64,000 nucleotides of DNA from positions 1-64,000 of the forward strand of contig CBDANQ010000054.1 in assembly GCA_965197725.1 (NCBI GenBank), written 5' to 3'. Of this stretch, positions 10,955 to 20,466 are shown piece after piece. The notes below the pieces were generated by a model. That model was not told where the DNA came from and made no database searches. It worked only from the letters and a program-made list of their open reading frames with translations. Source of the stretch: Longimicrobiales bacterium (GTDB lineage Bacteria > Gemmatimonadota > Gemmatimonadetes > Longimicrobiales > Gaopeijiaceae). The position numbers were made by a program, and so were the translations under genes. The stretch's first letter is position 1. Each line of letters begins with the position of its first letter.

Positions 10955-11114
10955 TTTCTTGGCACTTGCCGACCGCTACGAAACGATTCGGAAAAGCCCT
11001 AAATGGTGGTGTCTTCTAAGACCTCGGGGCCAATGTATGTGCCGAACCTTGGAGACGCACCGGAGCTTTCGGGCCTTTCCCGCGGGAATCGCCAACCTAC
11101 AGTGCACGGGTAAC

Positions 11115-11223
11115 TGACCTGCCCCCAGGACAACGGCTCAGGACCGCGCCGTCCCCGAGACGCCGGAAGGCTCCTACGGTTCGAGGCTAGCTAGATGGCG
11201 GCGCATACCCCGCGGTCAGGTCT
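11115..11223. mobile_element. Possible MITE or collapsed IS407-like remnant
   Basis: Starts TGACCTGCCCCCA (identical to the IR at 2179) and ends GCGGTCAGGTCT (like GCGGGTCAGGTCA at 3433-3445); no ORF. Confidence 0.45.
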
Positions 11224-11231
11224 GGCTGTAG

Positions 11232-12164
11232 CTAGAAATGATGCTTCATTCCAAGACTGACTCCCACAAAGGAAAAACCGTCGGTCGACATCGTACCGTC
11301 CACGGGCTCACTGCCATCGCGCCGCAGATTCGGCACATGGCTGCGCAACGGATCCCAGACCACGGTACCTGCAAATTCACCCGACCTCATCCAGCGAGCC
11401 CTGAGTCCTACCGACACCGTTTCCGACACCGGGTAATCGAATCCAGCGAGAATTTGGTAACTGGTCTGTGTATCCCCCATGGTAGCCTGCGCCGAGCTGG
11501 ACGTGCCGGCTAGATTGCGCGCGATTTGATCGGCGTTGGGCTGGTCTCGACCCGTGTCTATGGCCACCGGATCCGTGTTTCTGGACCACACGCTCGCGTA
11601 GTCTGCATTCGTTCTCCCAATCCCCATACCCAACCCCACGAACGGCGTGAAGCCCCCGGCCACGCCAGGCAGGTCCAGGTACACGTTGCCCATCAGGCTC
11701 TTCGATTCGACGAGACCCAACCACTCCTGCGCCAAGAACAGTTCGTCGCTCAGCTTGTCGGCATTGACCCCCTGGGCGGCGAGCACCCCGGACCGCTGGG
11801 AGTAGTTGGAGCTCCTCATCACGTACTCTACCTCTGCCCGCACCATGCCGTGCAGCCGGTATCCCATCACAGCGCTCATCGCAACGCCACCGGCTCCATC
11901 GAACGGCACACTCCAACTGTCTCCCACGCCACGTGCCGCGTCGGTGCAGCCAGGTACGGACGCATATAGCGGGTTGATGAACTCATCGCAGATGCTGGCG
12001 CTATCATTGCTGTCACCCGTCATGGTCACCGCAGACGATAAGAGAGTTCCTAGTTCTGCGCCCACATAGAACCGTCGCTCGCCTTGTGCCAGAGCGGGCG
12101 TGGCCATGGGAAAGAGCACGGTACAAGTCACGATGAGAGAATACAGACAGCGGCTTCGTATCAT
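11232..12164 (-). CDS. Outer-membrane beta-barrel protein (opacity/Msp2-like surface antigen)
   Basis: Signal peptide, FYVGAELG, RAEVEY, LMGNVYLD, TPFVGLGMG, YQILAGFDY and C-terminal Phe. Confidence 0.8.
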   Translation of the reverse strand: MIRSRCLYSLIVTCTVLFPMATPALAQGERRFYVGAELGTLLSSAVTMTGDSNDSASICDEFINPLYASVPGCTDAARGVGDSWSVPFDGAGGVAMSAVMGYRLHGMVRAEVEYVMRSSNYSQRSGVLAAQGVNADKLSDELFLAQEWLGLVESKSLMGNVYLDLPGVAGGFTPFVGLGMGIGRTNADYASVWSRNTDPVAIDTGRDQPNADQIARNLAGTSSSAQATMGDTQTSYQILAGFDYPVSETVSVGLRARWMRSGEFAGTVVWDPLRSHVPNLRRDGSEPVDGTMSTDGFSFVGVSLGMKHHF

Positions 12165-12174
12165 GGTGTGTTAG

Positions 12175-12390
12175 TCCCCTGACGAAGCACTTCGAATCGC
12201 GAGTGGGTGCATCCTTCGAGCGCACGGGCGTGACGCCGTCGACGTTCGGCCTGCACAGGCGGTGGGCTATCTCAACCCGGTGCGTCGGCTCCGTCCTGGC
12301 CGATCCCCGAGACTGGCGATGGCCTGCCAGGTCCCCGTGTTCATCGAAGCCTGCCGCCGGGCCCAAGTGGCCCCTGTTCCCTCCCCCGGG
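12175..12390 (+). pseudogene. Degenerate small HTH island protein upstream of alpA
   Basis: Two frames join to FERTGVTPSTFGL/AVGYLNPVRRLRPGRSPRLAMACQVPVFIEA, resembling small XRE-like phage/island proteins. Confidence 0.4.
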
Positions 12391-12436
12391 GCAACGCGCC
12401 CCGGAATTCTTCACCGAACAGAACGGAGGCAGACCG

Positions 12437-12664
12437 ATGACGAGAGCAATGGAACAGAGCATGGACGCGCCGGTGCGCGTCCTGAGGTTACCTCGAGTGC
12501 AGGCCCGCACCGGGCTGGCGCGGAGCACGATCTACGTGCGGGTGGCCGACGGGAGCTTTCCCCAACCGATCCGGCTAGGCGCGCGCGCCGTCGGCTGGAT
12601 CGAGTCCGAAGTGGATGCGTGGATCCGAGAACAGATCGCCGCGAGCCGCAGCAGTGCCGAGTGA
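12437..12664 (+). CDS. alpA: AlpA-family regulator / recombination directionality factor
   Basis: VLRLPRVQARTGLARSTIYVRVADGSFPQPIRLGARAVGWIESEVDAWI; RBS GGAGG. Confidence 0.92.
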   Translation: MTRAMEQSMDAPVRVLRLPRVQARTGLARSTIYVRVADGSFPQPIRLGARAVGWIESEVDAWIREQIAASRSSAE

Positions 12665-12868
12665 TCTGAGACGATAACCATCTGAGTCGTTCGCAATCAG
12701 AGAGGACAGGGGCCATCGACAACCCGCCCTCCCGCAAGGTTCGCTCCTTCGCCGCCTCCGGGAACCTCCGCTAAGGTCCACTGGATTCCCGTTCATAAAG
12801 AGGGGTTTAATAAGGGGAGCAGAGTGGGTTAAGTAGTCTTAAGTATATTATCGATAATAAGTTATAAC

Positions 12869-14305
12869 GGATTCGGCGTAGATCCGGCAGCGATCGGGGG
12901 TAGGCTGGAGCAGGCCCACACGTTCATGCGCGCGTTCTTTCCGCTCAGTCCCGGCCTGTTCACTGTGGGTTCGGCCCGGCTTGGCTATTCCGCTGCTGGG
13001 GGCGGCGGCCGCCCGTTGCTCGACACCTTGTCGTCCGGTCCGCTCACGGCGGAGGTGCTCCCCATCCCCGAGAGTGAAGCTCCGCGGACGTGGAGCGGAG
13101 CTGTGGGCCGCTACCGAATCGCAGCGTGGATGACCCCGGCTGAGGTCGGCTGGGGAGAGTCCGCGCTGCTCATGGTCGAGATCTCGGGAGCCGGTCATTT
13201 GCCATCACAACCACGGCCCGACCCGGGCCCGGTGTGGGGCGGTGGACTGCGGCCGATGGGCGAACGCGCGTGGGTCGAGGTTCGTGATGGGGTCGTCGGT
13301 GGCGTGAAGCGCTTCACCTGGCTCGTCGTGCCGGTCGAGTCTGGTGAAGTACGCATCGGTCCGATCTTCTATTCCTTCTTCGACCCGTATGTCGGTGCGT
13401 TCGGACAAGTGATCTCACAGGAACTCCAGCTCGTGGTCCATGCGTACCCGAACGATCCACGCGCCAGCGGCGTGCAGCCCGGTGTCCCCGCTGAGCTACG
13501 GTATCCTCCGGACCCACTGCTCACGGATCCCTTCGCGTATCCCGACGCGACAGCGTATCCCGACGCGACAGCGTATCCCGACGCGACAGCGTATCCCGAC
13601 GCGATTGCGTATCCCGACGTGAACAGAGCGCCCGCTCGAGGCGCCTCTGGAGCGCCGGTTCGAATGGAGCGACCCGAAAGAGCCGCGCAGGCCCGCGCGA
13701 CGCGCTTGGAACAGTATCCCCAGGACGCGGAAGCGTGGCTGGAGCTCGGGCTCGCCTACGAGGAGGCGCGTCCTGGCGAGGGGTGGGCCGAATGGGCGTG
13801 GATTTCCGGACTTCGTCACGCACCACGCGATGTCCAACTGCAGATAGCCGTCTGGGGTCAGCCCACATGGCGCTCCGAGATCGGTCTACCCGTTCTACCG
13901 CTCATGGCGCGAGAATCACTTCTGCTTTCGGGGTTCTTGCTCCTGGGTGGAGTGGCGGTGGGGCTCTGGGGACTCGTAGCGTCTCTGGGCAAGCAGCCCG
14001 GTCAGTGGGCGCGGGCGCGTATCGCGACGAGTCTGCTGGCATTCGCCGGCGCGGCGCTCACGCTTCTTCCGTGGATGACGGCGAGCGAGAGCGGAGCGGG
14101 CGTGTTGATCGGGGGGCCGGTCGCCGTGCGCTCAGCGCCGACGATGAGCGCGTCTGCGGTCGCGACGGTTCCGGCCGGGGAGGCGGTCCGGCTCCTGGAA
14201 GCGTACGGCGGATGGGTGCGCATCGAATCTGACGGGGGCACGATGGGCTGGGTCGAGACCCCGAGCGTCGCTCCACTGGCGCCGGTCGCTCGCTCCAGTT
14301 TGTAG
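12869..14305 (+). pseudogene. BatD-like / TPR / TM / SH3 protein (BatD-BatE type), 5' truncated
   Basis: RAFFPLSPG, AVGRYRI, KRFTWLVVP..G.VRIGPIFYSFFDP (BatD-like), TPR-like AWLELGLAY and C-terminal SH3b GWVRIESDGGTMGWV. The frame stays open back into the AT-rich tract. Confidence 0.7.
13535..13619 (+). repeat. 18-bp coding tandem repeat, about 4.7 copies (AYPDAT)
   Basis: GCGTATCCCGACGCGACA x3, a variant ending ATT, then a partial copy. Confidence 0.95.
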
Positions 14306-14359
14306 AGAGCTCCTAAGCAGCTTCCCGGGGAGTCCCGGTCACAGACTGCCTAGCGGACT

Positions 14360-14633
14360 GCCGTCCCGAGGCGCTGGACGAGCCGCCGCGAATGGCACAA
14401 GCGGTCAGGCTGCAGCCAGCGCGCCATGGTCGAGAGCGCGATCTATCGGTACAAGGCGATCATCGGCCGAGGCATGAGGAGTCGCACCTTGGCCGGCCAA
14501 TGGTGGAGGTGCAACTCGCGTGCAGTACGCCTCAACACGATGATCCATCTCGGGATGCCCAACAGCTGACGAGTCGGATGATTCTCTCAGGGACGGGGAC
14601 CTTGTCCTCAGCTCCGAGCCATGCACCAACGCC
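14360..14633 (+). pseudogene. IS5-family (IS903-group) right-end remnant
   Basis: WHKRSG.SQRAMVESAIYRYKAIIG..MRSRTLAGQ..VEVQLAC..NTMIHLGMPNS followed by IR-like ATGCACCAACGCC. Confidence 0.7.
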
Positions 14634-14760
14634 CATCCGAGGCAGCAGTACGCGGTGGCCTGGTTCTTACGATACGTGGAAAATCAAGAACCGCCCAGCC
14701 CGGCCGATACTCACCTAATAGGGACAAGAAGGACTCTGAGGTACGGAGCCTCACAGCAGC

Positions 14761-14905
14761 ATGTTCGAGTTCTGGCGGTTCGTCGGATCTGACGAGAGTC
14801 TTGCGGTTGAGCTCTCCGCGCCGTACGAGCCAATTCTCGTGGTGCTGTCGGCGGCGGTCGCTTGCGTCGCCGCACATGCAGCGCTTGCCACGGTCGACCG
14901 CTGGG
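14761..14905 (+). pseudogene. MHYT sensor-domain N-terminal fragment
   Basis: YEPILVVLSAAVACVAAHAALA, then the frame loses homology. Confidence 0.5.
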
Positions 14906-15052
14906 GGACCCCTTTGCGCAGACACTCTTCGTCCTCGACCACCAGGATGATCTCCGATCCGCCCGTGTCTGCGGTAGCTCCGTCGTCCGTCTCGTCGTGA
15001 TGGAGGACATCGAGTTCTATAGGAATCGGCGCTGACATCGGAGGCTCGCGCA

Positions 15053-15565
15053 ATGAACAACCGCCGCATTGGATGGACCGATGTGTTGGCACGAACGTCG
15101 GACAGGGGTCGCGTCCTGATCGTTGAAGACGACCCCGATATTCGGAGGAGCGTGGGGCGCCTCGTTTCCCGCTTCGGTCATACTATCAGAGCCGCGGCCT
15201 CAGCAGAGGCGGCTGATCAGTACCTATCGACCGAGCGATTCGATGTGTGCCTCTTGGACATCGAGCTTCCGCGCATGAAAGGGCTTGAGTTCCTGGAATG
15301 GGCGCTCAAGCGAAATGCTGAGATGGCCGTGATCATGCTCACCGGGCTTGATATCCGCGAGGTTGCGATCCGGTGCATCGAAAACGGCGCGCGGACCTAC
15401 CTGGTCAAGCCTGTCGACGCCGACTTCCTGCGGCTCGCCTTGAAGGATGCCTTGGCGGTACGTTCGCTCCTGGTGGAACGCAATGACCTGGTCGTTCAGT
15501 CGGCGTCCACGCGGGGGGGCCGTGACGGGTCAGATTCTCCTTATCGACGACGCAGCGCTGAGTGA
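15053..15565 (+). CDS. Response regulator receiver protein
   Basis: VLIVEDD, LLDIELP, IMLTG, YLVKP. Confidence 0.88.
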   Translation: MNNRRIGWTDVLARTSDRGRVLIVEDDPDIRRSVGRLVSRFGHTIRAAASAEAADQYLSTERFDVCLLDIELPRMKGLEFLEWALKRNAEMAVIMLTGLDIREVAIRCIENGARTYLVKPVDADFLRLALKDALAVRSLLVERNDLVVQSASTRGGRDGSDSPYRRRSAE

Positions 15566-15588
15566 ACAGCACCCACTAGCCCTTCTGA

Positions 15589-15725
15589 TCAGGAGCGGGA
15601 GCGCTTCCCGCCGAGCGGCGCGACGCGCTTGGCCTCCACCCAGCCGTCGGCACCGCCTCCCGCCTCGATCCGCACCCAACGGCCGTATTCCTTACACCAG
15701 TCGCACCGCCTCGCCTGCGGTGACG
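15589..15725 (-). pseudogene. SH3b C-terminal fragment paralogous to the 12869-14305 gene
   Basis: EYGRWVRIEAGGGADGWVEAKRVAPL versus AYGGWVRIESDGGTMGWVETPSVAPL. Confidence 0.65.
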
Positions 15726-15749
15726 TGGACGGACGCACCAGCGGTCGGT

Positions 15750-16060
15750 GGCTAGGCACGACGACGAGGATGACCGGCCTCATCGAGGCCATGACCGATC
15801 CGGATGGCACCCTGTACTTCGACAATCTTGGCAACGGCAGTGCGCGTGGCCTCGAGATGAGCCTCGACGTCAACCCGGTCCCTGGGCTCTCGCTCCGCGC
15901 CGGATACGGTTTCCAGCACCTTCACCACGACCGAGGCCGGCAGGTGGGGAACTCGCCACGTCACACCTTCTGGGCAGTGGCCGAAGCACGCTCCTCCCGT
16001 TCGCAGATCTGGGCCTGCACGCGGCCTACGATAGCGGCTGGGCCAGTCGCCCGGATGAGG
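15750..16060 (+). pseudogene. TonB-dependent receptor barrel fragment
   Basis: YFDNLGNGSARGLEMSLD..LSLRAGYGFQ..NSPRH. Confidence 0.5.
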
Positions 16061-16405
16061 GTGCTGGATCTGGTTGGAGACGTAGTCGTTGCGTGTCGTG
16101 AGTAACACGTCGCCCGCCGAGAAGCGGACCGCGGACAGTGCCGCGACGAATGAAGCCGTGGCGTGTCCGCTGAACACGATGTTCGACGCAGAGGTGCCAA
16201 GCAGTTTCGCGACGTCCTCGTATGCGGCGGCGATTTGCACCGAGGCCTCAGATTCTGCCTCGCACCCGCCGATACTAGCTTCGAGGTCCAGGTGCGCGGT
16301 GATCGCGCGCAGAACCGGCCCTGGCATCAACGACGCCCCCGCGTTGTCGAGGTGCACGAGGCTCGCGCACCCTGGGGTGTCCGCTCTAAGTTTGGTAACG
16401 TTCAC
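16060..16405 (-). pseudogene. Aminotransferase class V (cysteine desulfurase-like) N-terminal fragment
   Basis: LRADTPG..HLDNAGASLMP..LLTTRNDYVSN, then truncated. Confidence 0.75.
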
Positions 16406-16508
16406 GGTTCGCCAAATCCTGGTGCGTGAATTGGCGGCAAGCATTGGCTCTATCTGGGCACGGGTTCCCTATCGCGCCAAGAGCGCCCCCCGTGACGGGG
16501 ACGAATTG

Positions 16509-16892
16509 ATGAAGAGGAAGCGCATCTTGGTCGTCGACGACGAGCAGGCTGTGACCGCCGTCCTCGTCCGGTTCCTCGAGAGCGCCGGCATGTACGAAGT
16601 GATTGCGATCGACGACCCCACGAAGGCCGTCGAGGTCGCTCGCGAATTTCACCCCGACCTCATAGTGCTCGACATCGTAATGCCGACTTTGGACGGGGGA
16701 GAAGTCCTGGCCGAGCTCCGCGGCGACAAAGAGTTCTCCGACATGCGTGTGATCTTCCTGACAGGTCTTGTGAGCGAGGACGAAATCGGGCGTGAGGGCC
16801 ACGAGATCAGTGGTCACCCGGTGATCGCCAAGCCGGTGCGCGCGGACACCTTCCGAGCGGTCGTCGCAGGGCAGCTTCGCATCAGGGAGTAG
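16509..16892 (+). CDS. Single-domain response regulator
   Basis: ILVVDDE, PDLIVLDIVMP, IFLTG, IAKP. Confidence 0.9.
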   Translation: MKRKRILVVDDEQAVTAVLVRFLESAGMYEVIAIDDPTKAVEVAREFHPDLIVLDIVMPTLDGGEVLAELRGDKEFSDMRVIFLTGLVSEDEIGREGHEISGHPVIAKPVRADTFRAVVAGQLRIRE

Positions 16893-16990
16893 CCGCCCCT
16901 TTCAGGCTCCACTTAGGCTCTGCCCCACTCCGTCCGATACTTGAGAGCAGACCCACTCATGTGGGTCGGCGGTCGGTGCTGGAGGTCAAC

Positions 16991-17620
16991 ATGTCAAACA
17001 GAGCGATATTGATTCTGTCAGTTTGTGTCGTGCTCGGCGGCTGCGCGGGTGCGCGAGGCCCTCTGAAAGGTCGCACAAGCGATCCCGCAAGCACGCACGG
17101 GCAGGCTTCGGCTTCCTCCCGAATTCGCAAGGTCACGAACCAGTCCAGCCGACTTCAGTCGGTGCTTCTGGTTCCCGCCGCGGTGAAGATTCTCGTCGCC
17201 TCCGGTCCGGTTGCTCGTAGCCGGGTCTCCGTGGGTGCTCTGTTCGCCATGCAGGCTGTCGGCACCGATCAAATAGCGGGGCTCGCACTCGTATTCCAGG
17301 CGGTCGGTGGTGGTCTGGGTGCCGCACTGTCTGTCCGGCCCACGGTGATCGAAGGTCCCGTCATTGACGCTCGCTTGTACAACATCGGTCCCGGGCCCTG
17401 GGGCCCCATCGAGACTGTGATGGTGCCGGTGCTTCCGGTCCTCCTCGACCGGATCGCGAAAGGCGCCAAGGTCGAAGTCGTGCTCGGTGATGCGATGCAC
17501 CTCGCGCTCGACCGCTATCAGCTTTCCGGCTTCACGGAGCTACTCGGGGAAATCCCTGCCGACACGCACTTCGGTGTACACCCGCGTGCCACCGTGCAGA
17601 CAAGGTTTATCACCGAGTAG
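16991..17620 (+). CDS. Hypothetical lipoprotein
   Basis: RBS GGAGG; lipobox-like VLGGC after a hydrophobic stretch. Confidence 0.55.
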   Translation: MSNRAILILSVCVVLGGCAGARGPLKGRTSDPASTHGQASASSRIRKVTNQSSRLQSVLLVPAAVKILVASGPVARSRVSVGALFAMQAVGTDQIAGLALVFQAVGGGLGAALSVRPTVIEGPVIDARLYNIGPGPWGPIETVMVPVLPVLLDRIAKGAKVEVVLGDAMHLALDRYQLSGFTELLGEIPADTHFGVHPRATVQTRFITE

Positions 17621-18000
17621 GAGACGGCTCTCCCCGGGGGCGTCTCTGCGGAACGACCCAGAGCTACGCGGTGGCACGCTTTCTTCCCACTCTGGCTCGA
17701 ACGGGGTGCCTGCCTGGCCCTTCGCGGCGCCTTGGTGCGAGGCCGCTGCGGGAAAGCCCGCTGCGTGCCTTAGCGTCCCTCCGTACCCGCTCCTCAGTTC
17801 ACGGTGAGGACGAAGGATTCCCGTCCAACGACGGACTCGGCTGACGGCGATCCCGGTGAAGGCAGGGGCTCAAGGTTCCCGTCTTCCGGTCGACACTACA
17901 CTGTACGGCAGAGACTACGGTCCCCGATGCGAGCCCAAACAAAACAGACAACCGACCGCTACTGAACGAGCTCATTACTCGATGACCCGCTCTCGGCCCT

Positions 18001-18038
18001 GAACCTGCCCCGCTCTCTCCGGGGTGGGTTCTTCCTTT
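18001..18038 (+). terminator. Putative intrinsic terminator
   Basis: GAACCTGCCCCG-loop-CGGGGTGGGTTC stem (with G-U pairs) followed by TTCCTTT. Confidence 0.4.
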
Positions 18039-18224
18039 CGTCCCCAACCGCGCGTCGCTAAGAACTGTTAGCGGCCTTCCAATATTGCACACATGTGGCC
18101 ATCGAAAATTGCACACTTGGCGCTTTGACCTAGCGGGCGGGAGAGTGGGGATGTAGGCACCACCCCGAGCGATCTTCCGGCCGATCCACTCACTTGGCGC
18201 CTCCACCGAGAACGTGGAGGTGCA

Positions 18225-19253
18225 ATGATCGGAAGGGAGAAGCGCGTGCTGCTCCGTCATTACCTCGAGCAGGGGATGAACAAGGCGGTGATCGCCCGGG
18301 ATCTGGGGGTCAGTCGCCGTACCGTGTACCACTGGATAGAGACCGGTCAACTGGACCGGGAGTTGGACGAAGAGCGTGTCGGGTACGGTCCGAGATGTCT
18401 GATGCCGTCGAAGCTGGATCCGTACAAGCCGTTGATCGACACGCGTCTCAAGGAGTACCCGAAGCTCACGGCTGTACGGCTCTTCAAGGAGGTCCGGGCC
18501 GCTGGCTACCCGGGCAGTTACAACCAAGTGAAGCGCTATGTACGCAAGGTCCGGCCTCGACCCCCAGAGGAGCCGGTCGTGCGCTTCGAGACGGCGCCTG
18601 GGCGTCAGGGCCAGGTGGACTTCGCCCACTTCCGGCTACCGTGGGGCAAGCGTTACGCACTAATCGTCGTGCTGGGCTACTCGAGGCTGCTGTGGGTTCA
18701 GTTCTACACCCGGCAGACCATGAAGGCCCTGATGCATGGCCTGGAGTCTTCGTTTTCCTACTTCGGCGGCGTGCCCTCAGAGCTTCTGTTCGACCAAATG
18801 AAGGCGGTCGTCATCGAGGACGGTCGATACGACGATGGTGCCCTCGTCGAGAACCCGGAGTTCATGCGCTACGCCTACCACTGGAACTTCAGGATCCGCG
18901 CGTGCCGACCCTATCGGGCTCAGACCAAGGGCAAGGTGGAGCGGCCGATCCGCTACCTCAGGGAGAGCTTCTTCTACGGGCGCACCTTCACGTCGGACGA
19001 CGATCTCAACGCGCAGGCCCTTCATTGGCTTGAGACGGAAGCCAAGGTGCGCAGCCACGGAACGCTGAAGGAGCGGCCCCTCGATCGCTTCGAGCGTGAA
19101 CGACTGCTCCTCGAGCCCTTGGCGACTCGCCCGTATCACCCCCTCGTCCTGCCTCCGGATCGCTCCTCACCCGGCACGACGTCCTTGCCGGCCATCCACG
19201 TCGAGCGACGTCCCCTCACGGCCTATGCCCAGATCGCGGGAGGGGACCGATGA
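18225..19253 (+). CDS. istA: IS21 transposase IstA
   Basis: RFETAPGRQGQVDF, FDQMK, TKGKVER. Confidence 0.95.
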   Translation: MIGREKRVLLRHYLEQGMNKAVIARDLGVSRRTVYHWIETGQLDRELDEERVGYGPRCLMPSKLDPYKPLIDTRLKEYPKLTAVRLFKEVRAAGYPGSYNQVKRYVRKVRPRPPEEPVVRFETAPGRQGQVDFAHFRLPWGKRYALIVVLGYSRLLWVQFYTRQTMKALMHGLESSFSYFGGVPSELLFDQMKAVVIEDGRYDDGALVENPEFMRYAYHWNFRIRACRPYRAQTKGKVERPIRYLRESFFYGRTFTSDDDLNAQALHWLETEAKVRSHGTLKERPLDRFERERLLLEPLATRPYHPLVLPPDRSSPGTTSLPAIHVERRPLTAYAQIAGGDR

Positions 19254-20092
19254 AGGCTGCCGCTCGCTCTCGCCGTGACCGGATCCGAGCCCAGCTCGCC
19301 GATCTCAAGATGCCCGGTGCGCTGGAGGCCATCGACGACGTCCTCACCGGGGTCGATGGCGGAGGCGTGACGGCCTCGGAGGCCATCGAGCAACTCCTCG
19401 GTGCCCAGATCACGCTGCGCAACAACCGCCGCCTTCAGGCTGCGATGCGCTCGAGCCGGCTACCGGGCATCAAGACCCTCGACGACTTCGACTTCAGCTT
19501 CCAGCCCTCGATCAAGCGCGAGCAGATCGACTCGCTCCACGAGCTCGGCTTCTTGGAGCGTAAGGAGAACGTGATCTTCCTCGGCCCTCCGGGCGTCGGC
19601 AAGACGCATCTCGCGATCAGCCTCGCCATTGCCGCGGCTCAGAGCGGGCGCAGAGTCTACTACGGCGCTCTGGCCGACCTCATCACCTCGCTCGAAGAAG
19701 CCAAGACCACCGGCCAGCTGGGACGCCGCCTCAAGATCCTCACCTATCCTTCGCTCCTGGTCATCGACGAGATCGGCTACCTGCCGGTCAGCCAGACCGG
19801 CGCAATGCTCTTCTTCCAACTCATCAACCGGCGCTATGAGCGCGCATCCACTGTGCTGACCTCCAATAAAGGCTTCGAGGAGTGGGGCCAGATCTTGGGC
19901 GACGAGGTCATGGCCGCTGCGCTCATCGATCGCCTGCTGCATCACTGCCATATCGTCAACATCCGCGGCAGCAGCTACCGGATGCGCAAGCACACCGACC
20001 TCTCCAAGATCCTCCACTCGCCTCCTGCGGAGTCGAGCCCTTCACCCCCGAAGAGAAAGAGAGCAAGAGCAAAGGAGAAAACGACGAACTAG
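19250..20092 (+). CDS. istB: IS21 helper ATPase IstB
   Basis: GPPGVGKT, LLVIDEIGY, AALIDRLLHH. Confidence 0.96.
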   Translation: MKAAARSRRDRIRAQLADLKMPGALEAIDDVLTGVDGGGVTASEAIEQLLGAQITLRNNRRLQAAMRSSRLPGIKTLDDFDFSFQPSIKREQIDSLHELGFLERKENVIFLGPPGVGKTHLAISLAIAAAQSGRRVYYGALADLITSLEEAKTTGQLGRRLKILTYPSLLVIDEIGYLPVSQTGAMLFFQLINRRYERASTVLTSNKGFEEWGQILGDEVMAAALIDRLLHHCHIVNIRGSSYRMRKHTDLSKILHSPPAESSPSPPKRKRARAKEKTTN

Positions 20093-20466
20093 AGGCTCGT
20101 CACCTCCGCCAAGTGTGCAATTTTCGATGGCCAGATGGAGTGAACCCCTGAGGGTGGACAACGAGAGTTGGTCGGATTGACCAGTCAGTGGCTTCAAGCT
20201 GCATGAATGCCCTCGAATTCCTCAGGCGGCATGTAGCCGAGCGAGGAGTGCAAGCGTCTTCGATTGTACACCTCCTCAAGGAAGTGGGGGAGTCGGTTGG
20301 CTACGTCATCAATCGTGCTGTAGTTGTTTGCCAAGATCTCCTCGTGCTTCAGGGTTTTGAAGAAGCTCTCAACATGGGCGTTGTCGTACGGATTACCCCG
20401 CCGGGACATCGATCCTCGGACACCGTGCTTGGCGAGACGTGAACGGTACGCTTGGGATGCGTACTG

